DNA from: Marsupella aquatica
Lineage: Eukaryota; Plantae; Marchantiophyta
Direction of reading: 5' to 3'
NCBI GenBank assembly: GCA_973895155.1
Contig: OZ316895.1
Location: 14,700,816-14,764,815, forward strand
Length of the DNA: 64,000 nucleotides
Under the pieces are notes generated by a model. The model was not told the DNA's origin and made no database searches. It was given only the letters and a program-made list of their open reading frames with translations. This document shows positions 9,956 through 23,598 of the stretch, piece after piece. Numbering within the stretch: the first letter of the stretch is position 1; each line of letters starts with the position of its first letter. The translations under genes and the position numbers were made by a program.

Positions 9956-12900
9956 ATGGCGGAAGACGTGATGTCCGATGTTGAGCTGTTGCTGGGATGC
10001 TTCGAACGAGGGGTGTCTCAGCGGTCCTCCCAGAGACAGCGTACGTAATCTTAAAAACCTGTGCTCTCTGCATATATCACAAGTGTCGAAGAGAAATGTG
10101 AGACATATATTAAGTGATTAAATTGTGGAGAGCATCGTTGTTAGGGAGAGGAGAATTGTGAGTGCAGGTTCTCTGCCAAGTATCCACGTAGTAGAAGACT
10201 ATTGAAAAATTAAATGATGTTAAGGTCTTGTGGCCCACCAATGAATGCGACAAGAGTAACATAATAGACAATTAGCCTTAGGACAATTGATGTCAAACAA
10301 GACGATGCAAACTTCTGCTTCTCTAAAGTTTTATTGTAAACGATGACAGGCAGTGGGGACGGAAAGCAACGGACTCCATGCAAAAGTGAGGTCGCTGATT
10401 CTATACATACTGCTCCTGTCGAGGAATGTGCGCGAACTCCTGACGAAAAAGAAAACCGAATTGGTGGCAGATCAGAGCATCCCATTGGTGAATTTTGGAC
10501 TCCTACTTATTCCGAGGCTATGCATTGCATGAAATTCCTCTCCACTCAGCCTTCTAGATTTCATCGCGGGATTTTCGTAACGTTACCACACACGCAGACC
10601 CGCACAAATCCTGAAGCGAGTCACTTATTGGCGTACGAGGATTCTCCTTCCTGTCAGCAGTTTGATCCCTACCCTTCAACTTTTAATGTTGGTTTGCAGT
10701 GTCTGCCCTGAAGCAATCAGCCAGCGCTTGTAAGCAAATCTCTCCGGGAGTGTTCTATGGATCACCACTTGGAAAACCTGCTACAAAACCACCGCAGCTC
10801 CAGCGCCTATTGAGAGATATCCGCAGGGACCTTGCTGGACAAAATCAATTCAGGTATTGACTCCACCTACGGAGGAATTCTCTGACCATCTTTCTTGGGA
10901 CGTTTGCGGTTGATTGTAATCGGTCAATTGGTTTCCACAACGAAGTCGTTATATGGCATTTGCTCTTCAAATGAGCCGTGCAAGAGGTCCTGACAAAATT
11001 GTTGGAGCTGGAGCTGATGAAATTGGGTCGTTAACATCTCACTGACGCAGGGAAGTTGAGTCTGCCGGGGAGTTTACGTCAGCGACAGCTACCAGGTTCA
11101 TTTCCAGATGAAGTGTTTTGCTTTGAGCGTGTTGCTCCCGTTGGGATGAGCTGGCGGAGCTTCATTTGTAGTTCTTCGGTTGTACTGACGGTTAGGCTGT
11201 TGTTTTCTCGGTTGGCCATGCGAACAGTAGTCTACTGCTTTCTTTGGGTGCATGGCGTCAGAAAAGTGACGATTGAAGTTTACATATATTTCCGTGACAT
11301 TCGAGTGCAGGACTGCGATATGGGCAACATTTCCAAGGCAGGAACAAGCCATTCAATTCGCTGAGAGTGATAGCAATAATAAACTTGTAGTCTTCCAGTA
11401 CCAAGATCATATTAATGGGCAAAGACGCTTCCTTGCAACCACTTATGAAGAATTCTGGTACAGGTATGCCAGAACTAATAGCGGAAGCTTTTTCCAAATT
11501 TTCTCGTGAGTAGTATGATGCGGAATTATAGTATTGCTTGTGGAACCCTCCTACTATTAGTATGATACCGAGCTTTCCACAAATGTACTGTACCTTGTCG
11601 AAACTGATATCCCACTGTGTCCAGTAGTTTCGCTTCCCAGGACAGGGAAGCCGTTGTGTTGAGTTTTAACGTGACAAAGATACTTGTGGACATCTTGAAT
11701 GTGGTTCATTTCTTATGTCCGTTTGGATGCAGGTACAAACGTATGATTGCTGACTATCGTCACCATTACGAGATCATCCAAGACGTAATTCTCTTCGTCT
11801 TCATTCTATATCTTTAGAAAGCCTGACTTCATTGAGTGTGATTAGAAAAGCTTCCAGTCACCACTGAGACATTCGACCTGGCACCGCAGACGTAGTCTGC
11901 TCTCGATTAGTTGACGGGCTTTGTTGCATCAGGTGCTGATGAATTGAACTACCAATCTTTCTATTCAAAGACAAGGGTTTGGGGATGTGTCAGACGCTGA
12001 GCACATTCTTAGAGGTTCCATTGCATATGCCCTTCTGCCGAGTGCTCATAATTCAGTGTGGGGTGCTGCAGGGCAAGCCATGCCATTTGTACTTTGATTT
12101 GGAGTTCAATCGCAGAAAAAATACTGAAGCTGATGGTGAGACGATGGTGGATCTGCTATTGTCGGTAGTGGAAGCGGCTTTCCTGGATATTTATGGCCTC
12201 CAATATGATACATCATGGACAGTTGAACTTGACTCATCAACAGAAGGTTCTCCCTATACCTCGGACTGGAACACCAATTCATTCAATTTTTTTATGTTGT
12301 CCATTTGAATGTGGTCTCTGTAGACTGCAATTCACAAGATTTCCGTTTGTGTGGATAAAGGTGTGAGCCAACTTGTAAGTATTTCCTCTTTTGATTTCCC
12401 TTCTTTCATTCTTCGTAAAGGTCGTCTGTCTTGTCGCCTTGGAAGAAAATTTGCTATCTGTTTTACTCTGTTGGGAGTCGAAACTACTCCCAGTATTGCA
12501 TTGGGACTGAATTAGCTACTACACCAGGTGGGTTTAATGTAGAGTTCTGGAATCGTGAAACAGACAAATTCTCGCGCCACTTGGTGATTCGTGTACCGCG
12601 CGTGGCTTTCGAAAAAAACTCTCACGTCGGAGCTTTCGTCGGAGAGGTATGCTGAAAGGAAGCTCTGAGTAACGACTAGCATGTCATTACATGACGTTGC
12701 TTTGACTCTTGTTGTTTTATGCCTTTCACAGTGCCGTGGCACATCATCTCTGACCCTAAAGTGGATCATGGTTTCAGATATGCAAAAGAATTCATCACTC
12801 CAAGGAAAGCAATAAGGACTTAACCTGTCTGTTTGTTCAAGCTGAGTCTCGACCTGCTCACCACACCGAGCTTTTTGTGGACCAAGGTGTTTATTCTCGC

Positions 12901-15900
12901 AATCGGAGCTTTCGTTTGCCTTTCTCAAGTAAGGCCGGCAAAACAGCTAAACTCGAGCCAACAACGCGTTTCAGATGCGAAACCTTGGTACGATGCAGGT
13001 TGACTAGTCCATTGGTAAAAGTTGTGTCCACCAGTAATGGTGTCAAGTCTTGGCCTATATATCGTCCACTTAATTATCTAGTACTCATCTAAAATCAGAA
13101 TAGCTGTATGCTGAATGTTACTACACGAGTTGGAAAATGGACAACAGCACGGTGAGAGTTGTGAACATTTTGCTGTAACGCTCAGACCTGTTATTATTTA
13201 TTTAGAGTCTGAGATATCTGTCAGAAGTTGATCAAAGTTTTGGCCCACTCTTCAGTGTTTCTAGTTACATTCTAAGAACATTTCATGTACAATGGCCTAG
13301 CTTTACTGCTAAATGCTGAGTGCTACCTGACATGGGGGGATACAGATGGTTACAACCTAAAGCTTACCGTAGGAACTTTTAAGGTACTGTTCAATGTGAC
13401 ATTCACGTCAAATGTCAAAGAACCACATTGTCTTCTCATTGGTAAGTATTATAGAAGTGATTTGCTCTTGGGTTTTTGTAAGAGGAGTTTCACATCAGCC
13501 TCTCGCCGGATGCAGTAAGACTTGACACCCCCTCTACATATGGTCTTTCCTGCAGTGCGACTGCAGGCTTGACATACCTTTACTTCGTTTTAATATGTTG
13601 GAAACGATTATGAGAGCTGTCATAAGGTGTAGTTCTATGCCATTTGCCCTCACAAGCTTTTTCTCGAGGATCAACAAGGTGGCCTGAAAAGATGATTGTC
13701 ATCTTCAAGCAGGGTGAATTTGAAGTCTTTATGGATTCTCTCATTTGTCGAGTTGAAGAAAAATGCGAAAGATTACTCACGTTTGGACAGGAGGTAAGAG
13801 GGTCATTTGTGTTTTGCGCGGAGACCGAGCTAACAAGTGAGGCACAGCAAATGCTGTTCTTTATCATTTTGTTGGTGTAGGTTCCTCTAGCAAACATCCG
13901 TCCTTGTGTCTTCGCAATGGATAAGTATGCTTCGATAGAATCACTCATATTCATGATAATTTTTAACTTGGTGTGACCCGGGACGTGTGACAATAGGGTC
14001 CGGGTCGCGGAGGGACATTGGATTACGCAGCGTGGAAAGAGAAACCTGTGGATCCACGACCAGGACTGAATTTTTGCTTGTCCGGAAAATCACCATTTCC
14101 AGCTTTGGATATATTTATCGAGTCCGTTGCTTGTATTGAAAATGTCACAGGTGCGGTTATCTGATCATTAGTATACCCCGTCAATTTGCATAACAGTAGT
14201 CTATCCGATCTTGAACTAGTTCTATCAGAGTAAGTCTCATCAGACCACAGAAATTTATGTGATCACACTGCAAGTGCTGCACTTTGTCTGATGCAGGCAG
14301 GATTCGGAGCTGGTACTGGTTCTCAGAATACGGTGTGGTTGTATACAACATTTCCGAGAACCGCTTTTGTGAAAACATTGGAAGACCCCACAAGAGCAAC
14401 AATGGTACAGCTTTCATTCTTGCGCTAACGGATTTTCTGGAGATACGACTTAGATGACATTATAATTGTCGGCGGAAGGCGTGATGTCTTCCAATTCGTA
14501 GGTTCGCTAAGCTACTCAGAAGCCTAGTCCGTAGTTGATGAACGTATGGCAGTAGTGGCTCCTTTTTTGCGGATCTAGTGCTCTGTCCGAAATTCAGTTT
14601 TGTCTCGATTCATATCCATTTCGGGATCCTCTGTAATCCAATTCATTGTTTGCGGGTGTGCAGTGATGTACATTGTGGACTTCCGCACAGCTGGATACTA
14701 TCAAAAATGTCACGATCCTGATTGTCGAGGTTTGAGCTCCTAGTCCTCTACCGGATTTGGCGTAGTAGTTTACGTCATCGTGCTTTTCGGTTTTACAACA
14801 CCCCACTGATCCTAGTACATAATCGTGCGAAACAAGTACAGTCTAGCACGAACGCGAAACAAAGGATGAGAGATGTTCTTCTAGGGCCGCCCTCTCGCTG
14901 TATTCGATCTTTCTGTATGGATTTAGAGTTTGATTTTGAAGGCAACACAAAGATGTTTTACGACGACTGTGAAAATCGTAATCATTTTGGAGACGTTTTT
15001 CCGTCCTCTACTCTCTAACGGCAGCCGGATTGGTCGGTTCATCCTTCAGTTAGCGTAATTTGATCAGGAGCTACAGAATTTGGGTCATCTACACTTATAG
15101 TCTGCACATTTACTCCACCTACGTCTTAGCTCCATCGGGCTGCGAGTAAATCCTCAAATTTTTATGTTCGTCTCGAGTATGAAGTGAAAGCATTATTGTT
15201 GCTTCATCTTGATTTCCCCGCCGTATCCATCTCTGGTATCATTGGGAACAGCAGCGTCCCAAACAAGAGTCAGACGCCTGAACTGACCAGACCTTCTGTT
15301 GATATCAGGATATCGTTCATTGCTGCGACCTATTCCCAGACATACTATACCTCTGGAATATCCACTCTCGTCGGCCCCACCTCCTTCAGGACACGAAGAC
15401 GGCGGAAGTAGACTGCTCTTCGGCGAGGAATGGGAGGATGAAACATGGTGGGAAGAAGTGGTCTCGTCCATGTCCAGCTTGGAGTGTGCATCGCAGTCTC
15501 AGGAGAGGCACCAGGTGGGCTACCTACCTGGCCATGCATCCTTCCCTGAAGAAACTATAACGAGTTTTCATCCCGTTCCTTTATTCTCATTAGTCTCTAG
15601 TTCTACATTATTGATGCGACTTGAGACGATAAAGAGACTGTCATATGTCAGTTCAACTACAAGCCAGTCCTAAAGTCCTGTTGTCACCGCCCGACTTCGA
15701 ATCGCACGAATATTTGCATGACTTTTGAAAAGTGGCACTTGGGAGGATTTGGAACAGTCGGTACGATCCGCGCAGTGTGACTGCAAGATTACTAACGCCA
15801 TTCTTACAGTACGACTTGGCCTACCCTGCCGAGTCCTGACAGTTTGTAGCTGCTATTGCACGAGATGCCGCGGCGCAAATTCGTGTTGGCCCAGTTCAGT

Positions 15901-16226
15901 ATCTTCCCGTGCGTAATGTAGAACAGAATCTCCCTCAACAAAATGAATCCGCCGTGTTGGAAATGCTTCACTCAGTTTTAGAAATCTTGCCTGCTCAAAC
16001 TTCTTTCCAGTACTAGGGTATCGAAATCTGATCGGGTGGCCTGTCACTGAAGGTTTCTAATTCTTGCGAGAACGCGGGGTACAACGATGATGACGACGCC
16101 TGGTGGTGGGCGGTTGAGCAAGAACTCGTGAAGCTGGAAAGCAATTCACTAACGAGCAGTTTGCCGTGTGGATCGGTCACAATCGCCTCGCCTCACCAAG
16201 GTGAAAGTACAATTATGATGAATTAA
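9956..16226 (+). CDS. PRIMPOL: DNA-directed primase/polymerase PrimPol, multi-exon (~14 exons, boundaries approximate)
   Basis: Exonic peptides: MAEDVMSDVELLLGCFERG (9956), GVFYGSP (~10750), WATFPRQ...GQRRFL (11311-11463), HHYEII (~11760), PCHLYFDLEF (AEP motif I DxE), KFSRHL (SxH), FVDQGVYSRNRSFRL, IRSWYWF...RFCENIGRPHKSNN and YYQKCHDPDC (UL52-type Zn finger). GT-AG boundaries are visible. Confidence 0.9.
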
Positions 16227-19200
16227 TTGCTCCTTTCGAGGGCTACACGGTTAGTTCTGTATCCAGGAGCACTGTACTCAGAAGCGAAGATAGTTGAGAA
16301 CATCCGAATGTGAATTCCCCTCGTGCTGTTGACGCCGAACGCGACATTGTGGCACCCTTCACTTGTGCCAGGTGGTTCGCAGATTCTGTCGTCAGTCCAG
16401 CTAGTCGTTAGTTGTCACGAGGAGTCTGTACAATAGACATTTTTTTTGCCTTGTACAATAGACATTTATATATTTCCCCGCTGAATGCTATTCTCATTTC
16501 TCGGGAGTAGTGAAGCGTGTTCTAATTCTCCTTTTCCCCATGGCTAGAGGTTTGTTACTCAATCTCTATTGCATATCAAGATTTTTTGTATCAAAAGATT
16601 TCAGAGAATTACATTGCCGAATCCAGCAAGGGAGGATCGCAGAAGTGGAGCGATACCCAATGAGAACCCGAGGTTGGACTAAGAGTAATGATTAGTTAGT
16701 GCATTCTTGGAATACTTTCCTGCAGTGTTCAGACACTCTTACGCTCTGACCGCTCTGATTTAGCTTTTCCATTGTTCTACCTGGGTCGACTGGTTCAGGA
16801 CATCGATTAACAGCAGCATGTCGCAACCACGCAGTCATCGGAACTTTGAGCTGACTCCCGGATTCGCCAGAACGCCGGCTGTCAGACCTTGGCTGGGTTG
16901 ACGAGCAAACTAGATTAGATACGCCGTTTGATGAGTCTCTAATTGTCAACTGATAATCATGATTTAGACTTAACATGCAAATCTAGAATTTATCGTGCGC
17001 AGGAGAATCTCGGTTCCCCTGTTGTGGCGAAGCCGCCGAACGTGGTTTGCTCAACTCATGTCCCTGGTGGTCCGGGCAATGTGACGCTTTCTTAATTAAT
17101 GATGTTGATGGGGGACTGAAGATCGGGGGGCTGTCCTCTCTCTTGTCACCACACCAACTGTATTCGCCACTGTTGATCGTATAGCGTCGCCAGCTACACC
17201 ATCAAAGTGGGCTGTACTCGTCCACTGAATACGGTAAAACGCCATAGTTTCCTCACCCGGCGATAGCTCAGTGCTATTCTCACCATGACGTTCCCCAACG
17301 TAGTCTGTCCCCTTCGAAAGTAAGCATCCCGAGAGAGCAGCCCAACCATGCCCAGTCTGCAAGGTAGGAAACAGTAGAGCTTCGCACCACCTTCGCTGAT
17401 CAATGACCTTTTCTTCTGGGTTCAGTGATTTTTAACGCAAGCCCTAGGTATCCAGATTTGCATATTTATAGTCGTGTAAAAGGTCTAGATAATGCACATT
17501 ACCACACCAATCGATTCTTTCCCTTCATTGCACCTGGACGTCCGAAAAGTAGTCCACAGTCTAACTGTCAGTCATGTGCAAGAAAGACTTCGCACTTTCC
17601 GATGTGTCGACACTATTTAACGTTGAATCTTCGATGCCATCCAAATCTTCCTGTAGGGTTCCTTGTTCATTGTGTCGTTAGTGGCTGAAACTATAATTCG
17701 AGCCCATACTGTAATGTCATTACAATTGCATACCTCCACGAGGTGCGGGGGAGCTCAGTGGTGGGGCTGCCAGTCTTCCTGAAATACTAGCCTGGCAGAG
17801 ACTTCGTAGTGAAAAGGAGCCAATTAGGCTTCTGCTTGTCAACAGAACGTAGTTATTAGGTACCTTTTCATTCCATCGTTGCAAGGGATTGGCTAGGGTC
17901 CAGCCTGACTGCCTGAGTTTGGTCATGTTTGGATTTGTCTACACTTCAGGCCCCACTGGTAGGGCCAGGTTGGCTACTACCGCTCATTTTCTTCTTTGTC
18001 AGGCACGGAAACTCCTACCGTCCATACTCACCGTTCTCTGAATTCCAGAAACCTTGTCCGGAATCAGAGGAACTTGGACCGACTGTGCCAGTCAGAGCAA
18101 AAATAGAGGCATATCGGACATGTTTGAATTGTAGTTTGCAGAGGGCAGTGAATGCTCGCCAATTATTGTTGTTTGTGCAACTGGGGCCCCATTTCTTCGT
18201 TATTTTATTCAATTGCAAGATTAGACTGGCCTACTGAACCCGGCTGATGCTCCTACCTTAATCCTCACTCAGCGTCGGGGTTGGGGTTATGTACTGTGGT
18301 ATCTTAGGTCGTTACAAAACGAATTGTTGGCTCTAACGAGTCGTGGTGGGACTTTGTCCATGTTCGATGTGACCTCACTGGTAATGCCCTCGTTTTTTTC
18401 AATTTTCTCTTGCGGGCAGAGCCAGAGGCAAACTTTACTTCACAGGATGGTGGTGGACTCGTGTCATTGCATGCTGTGGCATTTGGTCAATCAGTGCAAA
18501 TGCATGCTAATTTCAGGGGCACAGAGCAGTTTGCATCTAGGCAGCTTTCCCTGTGTGCCCCTTTGAAACACACTTTTTCTGTGCGCCGTAGAGGAGCTTC
18601 CAAGCAGTCGCAGGCTGACAGTCCCTCCTTTTCTATTTATTTGTTTTGAAAGGTGAACAGAGGGGACTTCTCTTCTACTGTAAGATGTCGTCTGTCGTTT
18701 AAATGAAGCCACCGGCCATTATTGGCTTACCAGTACAAGAACTGAAGGCACCCCTAAAAGCGTGCAATGAGTAGGTCCTGTTTGCTTATGATTGTGCCAT
18801 GCTTTCTGAGTCGTGTCGTTAGACCACCTTTGGAGGTCCACTTCGCCTCAACGGGTAGTCTAAAAAACTAGGATCGGGGACAAAGTTAATTGCACGCCTG
18901 TTCAGACACGTTAATGCCACCTTCGTCATCGATTCTCTCTTGTTAGTTTAGTCTCCTGTACTACTCATTGGGTAGTGGTAACCCATGATACATAGAAGCA
19001 ACATGACTCAGTGGTATAAAAGAATAATCGCGTTCATACGGGTATGGAAAAATTTATGCAATGGATGAGTGTTTGCCACTTGTCACATTGCAACATATGC
19101 TGCTGATTTTATATCTGCAACTACTGTTAGGCCTACTCATTGTCATCATCTCCTCCTGGTAATTGTGGCGAACTGATGGGCCTGACTCTTGTAAAACGAC

Positions 19201-19266
19201 AAGGCCTACTTCAAGCTTCTTGTAGCCTATCATTCTTTACTGCTGTTGGAATTTTAAGGTAAGAAA

Positions 19267-19971
19267 CTAGAATTAAAAAACATACAGTTGAAACTGTGTA
19301 TTGGTGACTTTTGGTTATGCCAAGGAAGCAGGCAGCCAACTCGTCGAATAGCAACTGACATTGGAGTTCATGGTCTGACGAGCATAATTAAAAAGCTACG
19401 AGCCCTATGCCAGTGCTTTGCACTGTGCAAGGAGGGCAGGCCTCGCAGGGGTGTCGGGGCCAGGAGGGCGCGAAGCCCTATGCGGAGCGAGGAGGGTGTA
19501 AGGAGGGGGGCATGCGAGGCTGCTGTAAGAAGGGGGGCGAGCGAGGCAGCAGCCTCGCAGGGGTGTAGGGGCCAGGAGGGCGCAAAGCCCTATGCGGAGC
19601 AAGGAGGGTGTAAAGAGGGGGGCGAGCGAGGCAGCAGCCTTGCAGGGGTGTAGGGGGGGGGGGGGGGGGCGGGCCCTAAGCCCTATGCGGTTGCTCCAAA
19701 ATTGAATGCCTTTTGCCACGCGGAAGGCCTGTATGCTTCCGTCATTCTGAGTGCATGGAAGGGAGCAATTGTGTGGTCCTGTGCCTGCCTGCGTGCCTCT
19801 TTCCTGGCATGCGTGCCTCATTGTAAGAGGGTATTAGAAGATCGGACGGTCATGACAAATAAGATGTTTTTATTTGATGGTCAGTTGTGATTCCCGCTGG
19901 AATTCGAATTTGTAACGGGATGACGGACGAAAATTGGCCAAATGGGCGGGATTGCCTATTATAGTGTTAGA
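19267..19971 (-). mobile_element. Non-autonomous Helitron, 705 bp
   Basis: Minus strand begins A|TCTAACACTATAATA and ends with hairpin ACAGTT-TC-AACTGT, a T-rich spacer and CTAG|T. Inserted in an AT dinucleotide with no TSD. Internal G-rich tandem repeats at 19430-19690. Confidence 0.8.
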
Positions 19972-19989
19972 TATAATGGTGAATCCACC

Positions 19990-21732
19990 TTTCAGATTTT
20001 GTCTCATTTAGATGTTCTGTCCAATATTTTAATTTTAATGTACCCTAACAAGGTGAATCTTTTCTATTAATTTGATTTTGAATTAACTTCTGGATCCCTT
20101 TGAATTTTAGTGACTTGGAATATTTTGAATGTATTTGGCTCCCCTCATAAATGTTTAATTTTTCATTTTGAATCATTCTTTAGTGAAATCTTTTTTTTCT
20201 CATGAGAATGAGAGAAATGAATTTAAACAATGTGCACATGTGGTGTACTAAGTTCCCCTTGTGGTTTCTTTTACAAAAGTTATGGTTTTAATTGAGTTGA
20301 TTGTCATTACCTAGAAGCAAGTGAAAATCTGTAAAGTATGTGCACAACTCTTTAGTACCTTGGTACTTCTTGGTCATAATGTGCTTTTGTTTGCATTTGT
20401 ACTTATGGTTTTGTGTGTTATGTCACTCACTCTTCTTTTATCATAAAATGAATTATATATCATTACAGACAAAAAAAGAGACATGTTCCAGGATGAACAT
20501 GCTATATTGTGTAAGGGTCGTAAGGGACTAGTGAGCACGGGCTACAATTAGCTGAATACAGATATACCCAACTCAAGATTTTGGGGTAACCCAAACGAGT
20601 TCCACTTCATTAGTGGTGGCTGAAACAGCATCTGTGGTGTGTCATTGAGTAGCAAGGGATGGCAATGGTCAAAGGACAGGGCAGACACCTTCCTCAGCAA
20701 AAAGGGAAAGTTGAGGTGGAGGGTTTACTCTACTGATATCCAACACAGATCTTAAACCCAGATGTGAAGGGGGCCTAGGAAAAGCAAAGGCCATCACAAA
20801 AGAATTAATTTGGGCAAAGCCATCTTGTGTCACCAGCCTTTATTTCGAAAAGGAAATCCCCCATAGCCACAGGTTGGTTCCAGAAGCTTGGTTGGATGCA
20901 TTCAAACCACTGTAGTAAAACAGGAACAAAGTACTCAGAAAACAAAGTCAATAGTGGAATGGAAGCATAGTTTACTTTGTGCAAATATATGCAAGCACCT
21001 TGTCAACCCTTTAAGTCTATCCAAGTTTTTTCTCCATTTTTGCACTCAGGTCAAAGTGGAAAAGGGCTGGTCAGTTTCAACTCCAGAGTTATCAATGGGG
21101 AACTGGGTGGCTGGGGACAATGGGCACTGGACAAATATCATTTCGTTGATTTCTTAACTACCAGGGTGCCGGTGCTATTGTAGGTGTGGCCCATTGATTC
21201 CTTGTGAACCCTTGCTTTGCTCAACCTTGGTCGAATAGGAAGGAAAATGGATAGATATAGCACGCTCATCCTGGAACATGCTTGAGTTTTTGTCTTGTAG
21301 TGATTTGAAAGTAAATAAAATATGAAAACATAACTAGAAGGATTGGTGCAGAGTGACCAATGAAAAGTACAATCAAGGATGCTACGATGTGTGCACTTAA
21401 TTCAATGTCCTTATGAATGACACTCATTTCAATAAAAACCATAAACTTAGGAATGAAAGACATGAGGGGAACTTAAGACACAATGAGAATCATTTCTCTC
21501 ATTCATGAGAATGTTCAAGTGGTGGAGCCGTTCATTTCATCTCTAATAAATCACAAACATTAAAATTTATAAGGGGGCTGCCAAAATAAGTTCAAAATAC
21601 TTTAGAATCCTAAAAATTAAAGGGGTCCATAAATTAATTAAAAATGAATATGATACACAGGCGGCCCCTTGACAAGGCACATTGAAATAAAAATACATGA
21701 CATCAAAACTCTGAATAAGACAAAATCTGAAA
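19990..21732. mobile_element. Old foldback/MITE-like element with ~500-bp degenerate inverted arms
   Basis: 19990-20500 aligns to the reverse complement of 21260-21732. Examples: tttcagattttgtct, gaatgagagaaatga, taagttcccct, catgttccaggatga. Confidence 0.65.
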
Positions 21733-23543
21733 TATAGCAGTTTCAAGTTGGGTTGATGGACTAGCAAGGAAGGTGAGAGAATAGGTACACAAAAGGCAAT
21801 TGTAACCAAAATCCAGGAGTGGGGAGTGGAGGCACAATTGGAGGAAAATCGTAAACCCTTCCCCCTCAGCCTCTAGACCTTCTCTTCTTGCTTGATTGAG
21901 GAAAATGAAATGTAAAAGTCCCTAGTGGTAAACAGGGGAGCTACCAAAAAATCCTAATGAATTGAATGGCCATAATGTGTTCCCGCCTTTTTGGATTTGT
22001 GGATTGACCAAACATTTAGAAGGAATAGGTAGAGGGGTCTTAACCTATTACAGAAAAGCAAAAGTACATGTGCCTATTCTTCAACCCAAACCTCTTGGTG
22101 GGATAGGATCGCTAAGCTTGTGTAGGGATCTTGGACACATGCATTTTCACTAGGGTGACACAAATTTAGAGTCACAACCCTTTACTATCACGTGAAGATC
22201 ATGTTGGGATCCCATCCAAGCTCAGAACTGCAGAGGATTTGTGGAAAGTTCCCTTCCCTTGAGGAGGCAAGACAAAAGCTCCAGAAATTTATAATCACAA
22301 CCCTTTACGTTCGCATGAAGAGCATGTTGGGGTCCCATCAAAGGTCATAACTCTCATCACACTAGTACACCGGTACCTTATATCTTAATTTTTTTTATTT
22401 TCTTCTTGTTTCTCTTTGGGGTCTGCATTTGCCCTTTCTTTTAAATTTGGTGCTTGTCCTCTCCTTTGGAGCACTGCTGCTTTTAATCTATTATACTTTT
22501 ATTGGCCTGTTTAGAAAATTGGACCTTTTCCCAACAAACAAATTGTCACTATGACGAGGCAAGACAAAACCTCCAAAAGACATCTCGTTCTGACATTTGT
22601 GGCCCTTGTAGTTTACTAGATTGTTGGTTCCTCTTTTATCTGGACTTGGGTTGGGCTTTGGAATACTCCTCCTTCGAGTTTCCTTCTTCCACCTTGTCCT
22701 GAGTAATGTAGTGACAATCAGGTTAGTGCTAAAAATAAATAATTACTCAAAATATGAGTAAGTGAGAGACAATTTTAGGTACTTGTGCCTACTTGTACCT
22801 AAAAAAATTCTGAAATAATTGCAAATGCATATAGCAGGAGAATTTGAAGTGCGAAACACTGATTCATCAGTGTGGACATTGTTGTAAAAGTAGCACAACA
22901 CTTTGAAATGTACAATATTGAGGCTTCCGGCATGAAATGTGCAAAGCTGATCATGATATGGTGTAACTCTAGTCGGATGTCAATGAAGACGATACAGAAA
23001 AACTACAAAAAAGATGATCTCTGTTTTTGAGTGATTGGGTTATTTCATGGCAAAAGAAAGAAGTTTTGTGAGTCAAATTATTAAAGCTACTGTGAGAATC
23101 ATCAAAAGTTCGATGACCTACCTTACTTGATTGATACAGTGTCCAGTTTGAAATCATCGATTGAAATATGCACAGTCCCAGTCCTCCAGCCTTTTCATTT
23201 TTCAGCAGGGTGGCTTTGTGCTCTCACAAGAGTTTGCAGAAAGAAAGATTATGTTTTGAATAATTGCTACAGACTCCAAGATAGTACCCCAGTGTGGTGT
23301 TTAAAAGAACCCCATCTTCGCCTAAGGTTATAGTAGAAGTGCCATGATCCCGGCCCGGAGTTCCTATGTCACTTCCACAAGCTCTTTCCTTTAACTGGGA
23401 TTTATTTATTTATTTTGGAGACACATCAAATAATTTTTATCTTTTTTATTTACAGCAAAAACGCCACCATGAAGTAACACAAAATTGGATCTTGATTCTT
23501 CTTAGAGTGAGCAAGCTCGGGAAACCCCTCCAATTTGTTTGGT

Positions 23544-23544
<1 letters not shown>

Positions 23545-23595
<51 letters not shown>
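23545..23595. repeat. (CT)n microsatellite, ~25 units
   Basis: Direct reading. Confidence 0.97.
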
Positions 23596-23598
<3 letters not shown>

